Assembly (NCBI GenBank): GCA_035295165.1
Contig: DATGJN010000061.1
Coordinates: forward strand, 5,908 to 69,907
Direction: 5' to 3'
DNA: 64,000 bases
Origin: a bacterium
Lineage (GTDB): Bacteria > Sysuimicrobiota > Sysuimicrobiia > Sysuimicrobiales > Segetimicrobiaceae
The position numbers and the translations under genes are program-made. The notes beneath the pieces were generated by a model. That model ran no database searches. It was not told where the DNA came from and saw only the letters and a program-made list of their open reading frames with translations. Below, in pieces: positions 36,752 to 46,323 of this stretch (the stretch's first letter is position 1; every line of letters begins with the position of its first letter).

Positions 36752-38522
36752 CACGTCGCGCGGTTGCGCGGGCCGGCCGCGACCCGGCCGCACGCCGCGG
36801 CGCGGGCTTCCGCCGGGGGCGCGCACCGGCGGCGCCTTTGCCGGGCCCAGCGAGGGACGCGAGGCAATCCTCGACCGAGCGGCACGCATGGTGGATCGCG
36901 TCCGTCACCGCGTTCCGCGCCCGCACGAGGTCCACGCGCAGAAACCTGCCTGCGTCGCTGTCCCCACCGATCGACGGGAGCGTTGCGGCCGGTTGCAGGC
37001 CCGGCAGGAACACGGTCTCGAGCGCGGGATCGTGCGCGTACCGGCCCGCGGACGTGTATGTCGCGGGAACCAGGGACCGACCCAGCGCATGGATGCAGGT
37101 GTTGATCGCCGCGGCCGGCGCACCGCCGTTCCGGCCGCGCGCGCCGGCGCGGGACAGGCGCCGGCACAGCGTCTCCAGGCGGGATGCCGCTGCCACGGCG
37201 GGCGTGAGGTCGAACGACGGGCCGGCCGCCCCCGCGAGCAGCGCCAGTTGTTCGCGCAGGTCCGTCGCCGCCGCGTCGTAGTCGAGCGGTACCACGGGAT
37301 CCGTCAGGATCCGGTCGAGCGCCAGCACGAAGATCTTGGCGTCTCGCACGAGCCGCGCCGGATCGATCTTGTCGAGCGTATCGTGCGGCGTGTGCCACCA
37401 CCACCCGAGCGTGCCGTCGGCCTGCCGAGAGATCGAGCCGAAGATCGAGGGGACCCCTACGCCGAGGAACGACTGATCGGAGTTGCGCCCGACGCGGTGG
37501 GCGTCGAGCTCCGCCGCCGCGACCCGGCGCACCGCCCAGCTGGCGACGCCGGCCGTTTGCGGCATTGAGTTGGTGCCGAAGTCGTCTGCGTCGACCGCAC
37601 CCACGGAGTCGATGTTGACGTGCAGCAGGCAGCGCGCGCGCAGTTCGAGCCAGTGCGTGTCGGCGTACCACGCCGATGACGAGTAGCGCCCGTGGGAGTG
37701 ACCGGACCAGAACGCCAGCCGCAGCCCGCGTCGCAACCGCTTCCGATGCGGCGCCAGCACGCGCGCGACCTCCAGCATCGTCGCGTTCGCGCTGCCGTTA
37801 TCCATCGCGCCGACGTACCAGCTGTCCAGGTGCCCCGAGAACAGGACGAATCGGTCCTCAGCCTCAGCGTGCCCGGGGGTGAGATCGGCGACAACGATCG
37901 GGGTCGTGGTCCAACCGGTCTGCACCTCGGCCGTGGCGTGCACGTCCACGCGACCGGCCCGACAGAGTTCGCGCAGCGCCTCTCCGTCCGCGCGGTGCAC
38001 CGAGAGCAACACCACCTCGGGCAGCTCCTCCGCCGTCCGCCGCGACGGGTTCCCCCACACCGGCGAACAGCACATCTCGTGTGCGTGCCGGCCGCTGATG
38101 CAGACGATGCCCGCAACGCCGGCCGCGGTGGCGTTCACCGCGAGCTGCGGGGTCGCGCGCCCCTCGACGAGCGCGAACTTACCGGCGGCCCCCGCACGTT
38201 TGTGTTCGTCCACGCCGCCCTTCCCCGCATAGACGAGCTCCGCGGTGAGCCCCCCGCGAGGCGTCGGCATGCCCATCGAGTGGGTGATCACCGACAGCGC
38301 CCGGGCCTCGGGGCTCGTGACGCGCAACGTCGCGGCGCCGGGCAGGCTGATGTACGCGTCGTGCACGACGAGCTGCGTCGCGTAGCCGAACGCCTTGAGC
38401 TGCCGCGCGACGTACTCGGCGGCGGCCCGCTCGTCGCTCGTGCCGGACAGACGCGTCCATTGGGCGATCGTGCGGTTGAACGTCGTCAACTCGGACTGCG
38501 AGACGGCCTCCAGATCGATCAC
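36660..38522 (-). CDS. M28-family peptidase with PA domain and a basic low-complexity C-terminal tail
   Basis: ...FVLFSGHLDSWYVGAMDNGSANATMLEVARVL...LAFWSGHSHGRYSSSAWY...GRNSDQSF... The last ~60 aa are Arg/Ala/Pro-rich. The 3' end overlaps kdgK convergently by 92 nt. Confidence 0.75.
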   Translation of the reverse strand: MIDLEAVSQSELTTFNRTIAQWTRLSGTSDERAAAEYVARQLKAFGYATQLVVHDAYISLPGAATLRVTSPEARALSVITHSMGMPTPRGGLTAELVYAGKGGVDEHKRAGAAGKFALVEGRATPQLAVNATAAGVAGIVCISGRHAHEMCCSPVWGNPSRRTAEELPEVVLLSVHRADGEALRELCRAGRVDVHATAEVQTGWTTTPIVVADLTPGHAEAEDRFVLFSGHLDSWYVGAMDNGSANATMLEVARVLAPHRKRLRRGLRLAFWSGHSHGRYSSSAWYADTHWLELRARCLLHVNIDSVGAVDADDFGTNSMPQTAGVASWAVRRVAAAELDAHRVGRNSDQSFLGVGVPSIFGSISRQADGTLGWWWHTPHDTLDKIDPARLVRDAKIFVLALDRILTDPVVPLDYDAAATDLREQLALLAGAAGPSFDLTPAVAAASRLETLCRRLSRAGARGRNGGAPAAAINTCIHALGRSLVPATYTSAGRYAHDPALETVFLPGLQPAATLPSIGGDSDAGRFLRVDLVRARNAVTDAIHHACRSVEDCLASLAGPGKGAAGARPRRKPAPRRAAGSRPARATARRASGGSRRAARRARPQSRRASPGTRRRGTSA

Positions 38523-38777
38523 CGCGCTCCCTCCTCACGTCGGCGGGCAACGGGCCGGCGGGCAGCCGGGTCCATCGTTCCGCCTGTACCGCTATCAACA
38601 TTCGAGTAGGCACAGGGTTCCCCTGGAACGCGCGTCGCGGTGCGCGCATCGCAAGCGCGCGGGCGTTTCACGCGCCGCCAGGGCGCGCCGAGCGGCAGGA
38701 GTCGCCGGACGGTCGGGTCGAACGTACCGCGGCCGGCTCCGAGGACGCGAACACGGCCGCCGGATCAGGAGGAGATC

Positions 38778-40577
38778 ATGCCAGGACACGATGCCGGACG
38801 TCTCGCTCGCACGCTTCGAACCGACCGACTCAGCCGTCGCGAGGCGATCGTCCGACTGGCCGCGCTCGGAGTGTCCGGCAGCGCCCTCGCTGCGGGCCTC
38901 GCCACCGCGTCCCGGCCGGCGTGGGGCGCCGCGCCCGGGAAACGAGGTGGCAGCGGCGCCCTCAAGCTGCTGTACTGGCAGGCGCCGACGATCCTCAACC
39001 CCCACCTGTCCCACGGCACGAAGGACTTCGAAGCGGCGCGCCTCTGCTGCGAGCCGCTTCTCACCGTGGACGCGGCGGGCAACTTCACCCCGGTGCTCGC
39101 GGCGGGGGTGCCGTCCCGCGCCAACGGGCAGGTCGCCCCAGACGGGACGTCGGTGACCTACAAGCTGAAACGCGGGGTCGCCTGGGCGGACGGCCGGCCG
39201 TTCACGGCGGACGACGTCGTGTTCACCTACCAGTTCGTCCTGAACAAGGAGAGCGGCGCGACCACGTACGGCAGCTACACGAACGTCGCGAAAGTGGAGC
39301 CGCTCGATCCGTACACCGTGAAGGTCACGTTCAAGGCACCGACGCCCGCTTGGTATCTCCCGTTCGTCGGCACCAACGGTCAGATCGTCCCGCGCCACGC
39401 GCTCGACGCGTACGTCGGCGCCAACGCGCGGAACGCGCCGTTCAACACCAAGTCGTTCGGCACCGGCCCGTACAAGGTCGACGTGTTCAGACCAGGGGAT
39501 CTCGTCGTGTACTCGATCAACGAGACCTATCGCGAACCCGACAAGCCGGCGTTCGACCAGATCCAGCTCAAGGGCGGCGGGGACGCCACGTCGGCCGCAC
39601 GGGCGGTGCTGGAAACCGGCGAGTACGACTACGCGTGGAACCTCCAGGTCGAGTGGCCGGTGCTGCAGCACCTCGCCCAGGGGGGCCGGGGCGCCGTCAT
39701 CACCGGCGACGGCGGCGGCGTGGAGATGATCTTGTGCAACATGACCGACCCGAACAAGGAGATCGACGGGCAGCGTTCTTCCCTCAAAGCGCCGCACCCG
39801 TTCCTGACCGACCCGAAGGTCCGCCAAGCCCTGGCGCTGGCGATCGACCGGCAGACGATCGCCAAGGAACTGTACGGGCTGGAAGGCGACGCCACGGCGA
39901 ATGTGCTGACCACGCCTACAAGCCTGGCCTCGAAGAACACCAAGATTGTCTACGACGTCGCGAAGGCGAACCAGGTCCTCGACGAGGCCGGCTACCGGCG
40001 GGGGCCGGACGGCGTCCGGGCGAAGGGGAGCGTCAAGCTCCAGATGACGTTCGTCACGACCGTGAACACGCTGCGGCAGAAGGAACAGGAGATCGTCAAG
40101 GCCGGCTGGTCGCAGCTCGGGATTGTGACCACGCTCAAGTCCGTGGACGCGGGCGTGTACTTCAGCACGAACCCCGGCAACAACGATACCGACGCCCACT
40201 TCTACACCGACGTCGAGATGCTCACCTCAACGTACGGCTCGCCGTTCCCGAGCGGCTACATGACCCGCTACTACAGCGGGGACCCGGCGAAGGACCTGCC
40301 GCAGAAGGAGAACAACTGGTCCGGCTTCAACTACCCGCGCTGGCAGAACGACGAGTTCAACAAGCTCTACGACCAGGCGCAGCGCGAGCTCGATCCGAAG
40401 AAGAACGCGGAACTGTGGATCAGGATGAACGACCTGGTCGCGTCCCAGGCGGTGTCGATCCCGCTCGTCGACCGCAAGCTGGTGTCGGCGCACGCCTCGA
40501 GCCTCGACGTGGGACGAAACGTGAGCCCGTTCGACAACGAGACGCGCAACATCGCGGACTGGCGGCGCCGCGGATAG
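38778..40577 (+). CDS. ABC transporter substrate-binding protein, family 5, Tat signal (orphan: no adjacent permease or ATPase genes)
   Basis: ATG at 38778 after AGGAGGAG. ...RLSRREAIVRLAALGVSGSALAAGLA... Family-5 SBP body. Confidence 0.85.
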   Translation: MPGHDAGRLARTLRTDRLSRREAIVRLAALGVSGSALAAGLATASRPAWGAAPGKRGGSGALKLLYWQAPTILNPHLSHGTKDFEAARLCCEPLLTVDAAGNFTPVLAAGVPSRANGQVAPDGTSVTYKLKRGVAWADGRPFTADDVVFTYQFVLNKESGATTYGSYTNVAKVEPLDPYTVKVTFKAPTPAWYLPFVGTNGQIVPRHALDAYVGANARNAPFNTKSFGTGPYKVDVFRPGDLVVYSINETYREPDKPAFDQIQLKGGGDATSAARAVLETGEYDYAWNLQVEWPVLQHLAQGGRGAVITGDGGGVEMILCNMTDPNKEIDGQRSSLKAPHPFLTDPKVRQALALAIDRQTIAKELYGLEGDATANVLTTPTSLASKNTKIVYDVAKANQVLDEAGYRRGPDGVRAKGSVKLQMTFVTTVNTLRQKEQEIVKAGWSQLGIVTTLKSVDAGVYFSTNPGNNDTDAHFYTDVEMLTSTYGSPFPSGYMTRYYSGDPAKDLPQKENNWSGFNYPRWQNDEFNKLYDQAQRELDPKKNAELWIRMNDLVASQAVSIPLVDRKLVSAHASSLDVGRNVSPFDNETRNIADWRRRG

Positions 40578-40582
40578 CCCGG

Positions 40583-41248
40583 TCAGCGCGTCCCGAACTG
40601 AAAGTTGCTGTACTGCGCCTCCATCGACGCGCCGAAGCGTGAGGTCTCCAGGTATTGATACACCAACACCCACGCGCCCGACATCCGCTGGTATCGCTGG
40701 ACGCTGTCGATGTCGCCCCACGCATACCGCAGCGTGCCGTCGGTGACGAGCCCGCGGTCGTAGTCGATCCAGCCGATCATGCCGCGTGGATTGTTCTTCG
40801 GGTTCCGCGCCGTGCCTTCGACCAGGTAGAACGGATGGCCCTCGACCAGGCGCCAGCCGAGCACCCAGAACTCGAATCGTGCCAAGAACTGGGACGGTGG
40901 TTCCGTGCCCTGGAAGAGACGCCCGATCATGAACTTGTTCAAGACCCAGCACTGAAAGCCGCCGGTGCTGCGCCCGATGCTGACCTGCTGCCGGCCCTCC
41001 ACGAGCTGGATCGTGCCGTCGAACTCACAGTCGGGCGGCTCGGTCACAGGCTTGTTGAGCCGGAACTTGAACCGCACGTCCGCCGCCGCGACGCTGGGAC
41101 CACCGGCGTTGGCGTTGAGGAGGCGGTCGACGACCTGGTCGGAGGTCGGGATCAGCGGCGCCGCGTCCGCCGTCATCAACGCCGCCGCGACCACGGGGAT
41201 GGCCAGCGCGAGGCATCCGAGTCGTCTTTTGAGCTCACGTGCGACCAT
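40583..41248 (-). CDS. Hypothetical secreted protein
   Basis: 221 aa. Signal peptide ...LGCLALAIPVVAAALMTADA|AP. No motif I can name. Confidence 0.55.
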   Translation of the reverse strand: MVARELKRRLGCLALAIPVVAAALMTADAAPLIPTSDQVVDRLLNANAGGPSVAAADVRFKFRLNKPVTEPPDCEFDGTIQLVEGRQQVSIGRSTGGFQCWVLNKFMIGRLFQGTEPPSQFLARFEFWVLGWRLVEGHPFYLVEGTARNPKNNPRGMIGWIDYDRGLVTDGTLRYAWGDIDSVQRYQRMSGAWVLVYQYLETSRFGASMEAQYSNFQFGTR

Positions 41249-41415
41249 GATAACCCACCTCGTCTTCCTGGCCGAGGCCGACCGTTCCTACCTCTCTCGG
41301 GCCGCCTCCGACGGCAACCATGCCCATTTCGGGGGCCGGTGAGCCGCGCCGAGCCCTTGTGCGGGCCGAGACGTGGCGTTAGTATGAAAAAGTGCTTCGC
41401 GCAGATCGGTAGGGG

Positions 41416-43308
41416 TTGCCTCACGTGAGCCAGATGCTCTCGCCCGCGGTACGCCGATATCAGGGACTCGCCGTCGCGACCGCCGTCGCGGCGTACCTGC
41501 TGGTTCTCCTCGGAGGGCTGGTCCGCATCACGGGGTCGGGCATGGCGTGCCCCGACTGGCCTCTGTGTCACGGCCGGTTGGTGCCCCCGCTCGAAGGCCC
41601 GATCTTGATCGAGTACGCGCACCGCCTGGTCGCGGCCTCAGTCAGCGTGCTCGTCCTCGCCACCGCGATCGCCGCGTTCGCGGCGCGACGTGCAGTCCCG
41701 AGAGCCGGCCAGACGGCGGTCGTCATTCTCGCCCTGGTGGCGGTGCAGGTCGTGTTGGGCGGCGCGACCGTTAAGATGAATCTCACGCCCCAACTGGTCA
41801 CGATGCACCTCGGCGTGGCGATGCTGTTCCTGGCCGGCCTGCTGGTCCAGGCAGTGATCTCGCTGCGAGGCTCCGCGGAGCCGCTGCCCGTGTCGGCCTC
41901 GTTCCGCGGGCTCGCGTGGCTGACGCTGGCGGCGACCTACATCATGATCCTGATCGGGGGGGTCCTCGGATCGAGCGGCGCGGCGCTTGCGTGCCCGTCC
42001 CTGCCGGCCTGCCGTGGATCCGTGTTTTTCCCGCCGGACTGGCAGGCGCACGTCCACATGCTACATCGCGCCTGGGGCGTGATCGTGACCATCCTCGTCC
42101 TCGCCACCGCGGCCGCGGCGGCGCGGACAGGCGTCCGCGGTCTGGCCGCGGTGGCCAACCTCGCGGTCGTCCTGGTGCTCGCCCAGTTCGCCGCCGGCGT
42201 CCTCAACGTCGCCACCCGACTGTCGCCGACGGTGCAGGGCGTGCATCTCGCGCTCGCGGCCGCGCTGTTCGGCGTGTTGGTGGTGCTGACCACGCTCGCC
42301 GGCCCGCAACCGAAACCGGCGCGCGCGGGTGTGCGGGCCGGATCGAAGACGTTGCGCACGATCGCGGGGAGTTCCGTCGACGACCCCGCCGAGGCCATTG
42401 CCTGGACGTCGATCCCCGATCGCCCGTCGGCGGTCCGCACCCTCTCGGCGGTGGCCCGAGACTACCTCATGCTGATGAAGCCGCGGATCATCCTGCTGCT
42501 CCTCGTCACCACCGTGACGACGATGATCGTCGCCGCACCACATCACCTGTCGCTGTCCATCTTCCTGCTCACCGTGCTCGGGGGAACGCTCGCCGCGGGC
42601 TCCGCGAACGCGTTCAACATGTACCTCGACCGCGACATCGACGCGGTGATGCAACGAACGTGCCTGCGCCCGGTTCCGTCGGGCCGGCTGCGTCCCGCGC
42701 AGGCGGTGGGATTCGGGATCGCCACCGGCCTGCTCTCGATCGTCGTCCTGGCGTGGGGCGTGAACGTGTTGAGCGCCGCGCTGTCGACGGCCGGCCTCGT
42801 CTTCTACGTGGCCGTGTACACGCGATGGTTAAAGCGAACGACCCCGCAGAACATCGTCATCGGCGGAGCCGCGGGCGCGGTGCCGCCACTCGTCGGTTGG
42901 GCCGCAGCCAGCGGACACCTCGCGGCGCCGGCCGTGGCCTTGTTCGCGATCGTGTTCCTGTGGACGCCACCGCACTTTTGGGCGTTGGCGCTCGCCAAGA
43001 CCGACGACTACCGCGCCGCCGGCGTGCCGATGCTGCCGGTCGTCCGGGGCGAACAGGAGACGCGTCGGCAGATCTTCCTCTACTCCCTCGCGCTCTCGGC
43101 CTCGACGCTCGTGCTCTATGCGCCCCTGCATGCTCTGGGACCGCTGTATCTCGCGCTTGCCGTCGTCCTCGACGCCGTGTTTGTGCTGCTGGCGTGGACG
43201 GTGCTCACGAAGCGCAGCCCGCGCGCGGAGATGAACCTGTTCGGGTACTCGCTCCTCTACCTGGCCCTCCTATTTGCGGCCATGGTCGTCGACCGCATCC
43301 TGGGATAG
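41416..43308 (+). CDS. ctaA-ctaB: Fused heme A synthase (CtaA/COX15) - protoheme IX farnesyltransferase (CtaB/CyoE)
   Basis: N-terminal half: ...LGGLVRITGSGMACPDWPLCHG...EYAHRL...ACPSLPAC...MLHRA (CtaA). C-terminal half: ...DYLMLMKPRIILLLL...AGSANAFNMYLDRDIDAVMQRTCLRPVPSGRL...FLWTPPHFWALA (CtaB). Start is ambiguous (TTG 41416, GTG 41425 or ATG 41434). Confidence 0.85.
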   Translation: MPHVSQMLSPAVRRYQGLAVATAVAAYLLVLLGGLVRITGSGMACPDWPLCHGRLVPPLEGPILIEYAHRLVAASVSVLVLATAIAAFAARRAVPRAGQTAVVILALVAVQVVLGGATVKMNLTPQLVTMHLGVAMLFLAGLLVQAVISLRGSAEPLPVSASFRGLAWLTLAATYIMILIGGVLGSSGAALACPSLPACRGSVFFPPDWQAHVHMLHRAWGVIVTILVLATAAAAARTGVRGLAAVANLAVVLVLAQFAAGVLNVATRLSPTVQGVHLALAAALFGVLVVLTTLAGPQPKPARAGVRAGSKTLRTIAGSSVDDPAEAIAWTSIPDRPSAVRTLSAVARDYLMLMKPRIILLLLVTTVTTMIVAAPHHLSLSIFLLTVLGGTLAAGSANAFNMYLDRDIDAVMQRTCLRPVPSGRLRPAQAVGFGIATGLLSIVVLAWGVNVLSAALSTAGLVFYVAVYTRWLKRTTPQNIVIGGAAGAVPPLVGWAAASGHLAAPAVALFAIVFLWTPPHFWALALAKTDDYRAAGVPMLPVVRGEQETRRQIFLYSLALSASTLVLYAPLHALGPLYLALAVVLDAVFVLLAWTVLTKRSPRAEMNLFGYSLLYLALLFAAMVVDRILG

Positions 43309-43322
43309 CCTCGCCCGGGAGC

Positions 43323-43883
43323 TCAAACGGCGGCCGGCGAGAACCCGCGCGTCCCGGGCAGGAGCGATGGGATCGCCCCTTCGTGCTCCAGCAGCCGCCG
43401 CTTCGTCCCGAGCCCGCCGCCGTATCCCACGAGCGACCCGTCCGATCCCACGATCCGGTGACACGGCACGATGATGCACACGGGATTGCGCCCGGATGCC
43501 GCGCCGACCGCTCTGGCGCCTCGGGGGCTGCCCACCCGCTCCGCGAGCGCGGCGTACGTACTCACGGACCCGATCGCGACGTGCCGCATCGCCCGCCACA
43601 CGGCCAACTCGAACACCGTCCCGCGCACATCGAGCGGCGGCTCGTCGAGGGCGTCGAACCGACTCGCGAAGTAGCGCGTGAGCCAGGTGCGCGCGCCGTC
43701 GAGATGCGCGTTGGCGCCCTCGCTTCGGGTTATGCTCGGATACCAACGCCGCAGGTACGCCGACTGCAAGGAGAGCCGCTCGTCGCGCTGAAACTCCAGC
43801 ACGCACAGTCCGCGCGACGTCGCGATCGCGACTAACGGCCCGACCGGCGTCTCGATCGTCGTCGTCCACAACTCTTGCGCCAC
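43323..43883 (-). CDS. ogt: Methylated-DNA--protein-cysteine methyltransferase
   Basis: 186 aa. ...TVFELAVWRAMRHVAIGSVSTYAALA...NPVCIIVPCHRIVGSDGSLVGYGGGL. Confidence 0.85.
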   Translation of the reverse strand: MAQELWTTTIETPVGPLVAIATSRGLCVLEFQRDERLSLQSAYLRRWYPSITRSEGANAHLDGARTWLTRYFASRFDALDEPPLDVRGTVFELAVWRAMRHVAIGSVSTYAALAERVGSPRGARAVGAASGRNPVCIIVPCHRIVGSDGSLVGYGGGLGTKRRLLEHEGAIPSLLPGTRGFSPAAV

Positions 43884-43987
43884 GGGCGTCCTCCGGAGGC
43901 ATCGATGCGAGCGCAGAGACTACGCTACGGGGTCCCAGGGCCGCGATCCTGCACCCCGGCCGGGGCCGGATCGGGGGGGCGCGTGCG

Positions 43988-45298
43988 ATGAACGGATCCC
44001 GCCCCCGCGTGATCGTCGTCGGGGCCGGGTTCGGCGGCCTCGCCGCGGCCCGCGCGCTGGCGAGGCATCCGGTTCACGTTACCGTCATCGACCGGAAGAA
44101 CCACCACACGTTCCAGCCGCTGTTGTACCAGGTCGCGACGACCGTGCTGTCGCCCGGCCAGATCGCCTACCCGATCCGGCGCATTCTGCGCGGGCGCCGG
44201 AACGTCGACGTGATCCTCGGTGCCGTCACCGAGATCGACGTGGCCGCGCGGACGGTCCGCCTCGCCGATCGTGTGTTGCGGTACGACTACCTCATCGTCG
44301 CCACGGGCGCGCGCCATTCGTACTTCGGGCATCCCGAGTGGGAAGCGCTGGCGCCGGGGCTCAAAACCGTGGAGGACGCACTTGAGATCAGACGCCGCGT
44401 CCTGCTGGCCTTTGAGCTCGCCGAGCGCGACGCCGCCATCGGCGGCGATCCAGCGGGTCCGGGACCGGCGTTCGTCGTCATCGGCGGCGGACCGACCGGC
44501 GTGGAGCTCGCCGGAGCCCTCGCGGACATCGCGCGGCGGGCGCTGGCACGGGACTTCTCGCGCATCGATCCCCGGGACGCGCGAATCGTGCTCGTCGAGG
44601 GCGGCCCGCGCATCCTCCCGGCTTTCCCGGAAGATCTGTCGCGGAAGGCGGTCGAGCAACTGACCCGGCTCGGCGTCGAGGTCCGCACGTCCACAATCGT
44701 GACGGCCGTCGAGCCCGGCGTGGTGCGAACGCGGAACGAGGCCCTCCCGGCGGCGGTCGCGCTGTGGGCCGCCGGCGTCACCTCGTCGCCGCTCGGCACG
44801 CAACTCGGGCAAGTGGATCGCGCGGGGCGCATTCGCGTGGCCACGGACCTCAGCCTGCCGCATCACCCGGAGGTCTTCATCGTCGGCGACCTCGCGGCGT
44901 TCGGCGCGGAAGACGGCTCTCCCCTGCCGGCCCTGGCCGCGGTCGCGACCCAGCAGGGCACGGTCGCGGCGGCCAACGTGTGGAGGAGCGTGCGCGGGAG
45001 TCCCCGGGCCACGTTCCGCTACGCCGACAAAGGCACCCTCGCCACGATCGGCCGCCGGGCCGCCGTCGCCCAATTCGGCCGGTTGCACGTATCGGGGTTC
45101 GCGGCGTGGGTGATGTGGCTGTTCGTCCACCTGTTGCTGCTCGTCGGCTTCCGCAACCGTCTCGCCGTGCTGTCCGAATGGGCGTGGGCCTACTTTACGA
45201 GCGAGCGCAGCGCGCGGTTGATCACGGGGAGCACGTCGCTGCCCGGAGGGGATCCCGGGACAGGACGACACAGCGCTTGCGGGACGGGGGCGCCGTGA
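43988..45298 (+). CDS. ndh: Type II NADH:quinone oxidoreductase (NDH-2)
   Basis: 436 aa. PRVIVVGAGFGGLAAAR...NHHTFQPLLYQVAT...VVIGGGPTGVELAGA...FIVGD. Confidence 0.9.
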   Translation: MNGSRPRVIVVGAGFGGLAAARALARHPVHVTVIDRKNHHTFQPLLYQVATTVLSPGQIAYPIRRILRGRRNVDVILGAVTEIDVAARTVRLADRVLRYDYLIVATGARHSYFGHPEWEALAPGLKTVEDALEIRRRVLLAFELAERDAAIGGDPAGPGPAFVVIGGGPTGVELAGALADIARRALARDFSRIDPRDARIVLVEGGPRILPAFPEDLSRKAVEQLTRLGVEVRTSTIVTAVEPGVVRTRNEALPAAVALWAAGVTSSPLGTQLGQVDRAGRIRVATDLSLPHHPEVFIVGDLAAFGAEDGSPLPALAAVATQQGTVAAANVWRSVRGSPRATFRYADKGTLATIGRRAAVAQFGRLHVSGFAAWVMWLFVHLLLLVGFRNRLAVLSEWAWAYFTSERSARLITGSTSLPGGDPGTGRHSACGTGAP

Positions 45299-45307
45299 GC
45301 ACACAAG

Positions 45308-45340
45308 TTTGCGGGGCCGGGGATCGCCCGGCCCCACAAA
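45308..45340 (+). terminator. Hairpin 10 nt after the ndh stop
   Basis: TTTGCGGGGCCGGG-gatcg-CCCGGCCCCACAAA (one mismatch). Confidence 0.6.
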
Positions 45341-45630
45341 CGACACCCCGCGCCGGGCGCTTTGCGGGATAACCCCGAGCAGCCCTCCGTGCAGGCCCTC
45401 GCGCGGCAAGGGGAGGTCGACCCGGCAAGAGATCACCGGCGGGCGATCCAACCGTCCGGCGGCCGCCGCAGCACCGGCGGCCGCGTCAGGGGAGAAAGCG
45501 CACTCCGAGGCTACCACGCCGAGATGACGGGACGATGACGCAAATTTGCAGATCCTGCGCGGACGTGGGTATACTTGGGGCGCGCTCTGTGGGGAGCCGG
45601 GATTTGCCGATCGAGATGGTGAGTGTATCG

Positions 45631-46323
45631 ATGCATCTCCTGTTGATCGAGGACGATGAGGCGCTCGGAGACGTGGTCCGTCGGGGGTTGGAGAGTTACG
45701 GGTACCGCGTGGAGTGGGTGCGGGACGGCGCCGAAGCCTACGACATCGCGAGCGCCGGAGCGTTCGATGCGTTGATCCTGGACCTGATGCTCCCGAACCT
45801 CGACGGCCTGACGCTGCTCCGCGGCCTGCGGGAAGCCGGGATCCGAACACCGGTCCTCTGTCTAACGGCGCGCAGCGGCGTGCGCGACCGGGTCGCCGGG
45901 CTCGACGCGGGCGCGGACGACTATGTCGTCAAACCCTTCGCGTTTGAAGAGCTGCTGGCGCGCCTCCGCGCGCTGCTGCGGCGACCCCAAGACTTGTTTG
46001 TCCCGGAGGCCTTGGTCTTCGGAGCCCTGCGCCTCGAGCCCGCGGAGCGGCAAGTCACGGTCGAGGGGCGGGCGCTGGACGTGCCGCCGAGAGAGTTCGA
46101 CGTCCTGGAATATCTGTTGCGCCACGCCGGCCGGGTGTTGTCGCGGGACGCCATCCTGGAACGGGTCTGGGGGCCCGGCGAGGCGCCTCGGGCGAACGTG
46201 GTCGACGCGACGGTCTCCCGGCTCCGCCGCCGCCTTCGGGGCAGCGGCTGGACGGGACAGATTGCGGCGGTCCCCGGACACGGGTACCGCATCGCGACCG
46301 CGGACCAGCGCCCCACGCCGTGA
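45631..46323 (+). CDS. OmpR-family response regulator
   Basis: MHLLLIEDDEALGDVV...DALILDLMLPNLDG...DDYVVKPF... with a winged-helix C-terminus ...GYRI. Confidence 0.9.
   Translation: MHLLLIEDDEALGDVVRRGLESYGYRVEWVRDGAEAYDIASAGAFDALILDLMLPNLDGLTLLRGLREAGIRTPVLCLTARSGVRDRVAGLDAGADDYVVKPFAFEELLARLRALLRRPQDLFVPEALVFGALRLEPAERQVTVEGRALDVPPREFDVLEYLLRHAGRVLSRDAILERVWGPGEAPRANVVDATVSRLRRRLRGSGWTGQIAAVPGHGYRIATADQRPTP

Noticed and set aside
38595-40199. 534-aa minus-strand ORF
   Set aside because: Antisense to the family-5 SBP gene, with no motifs. A shadow ORF.
43925-45850. 641-aa minus-strand ORF
   Set aside because: Antisense to ndh and the response-regulator upstream region, with Arg/Pro/Gly-rich low complexity.
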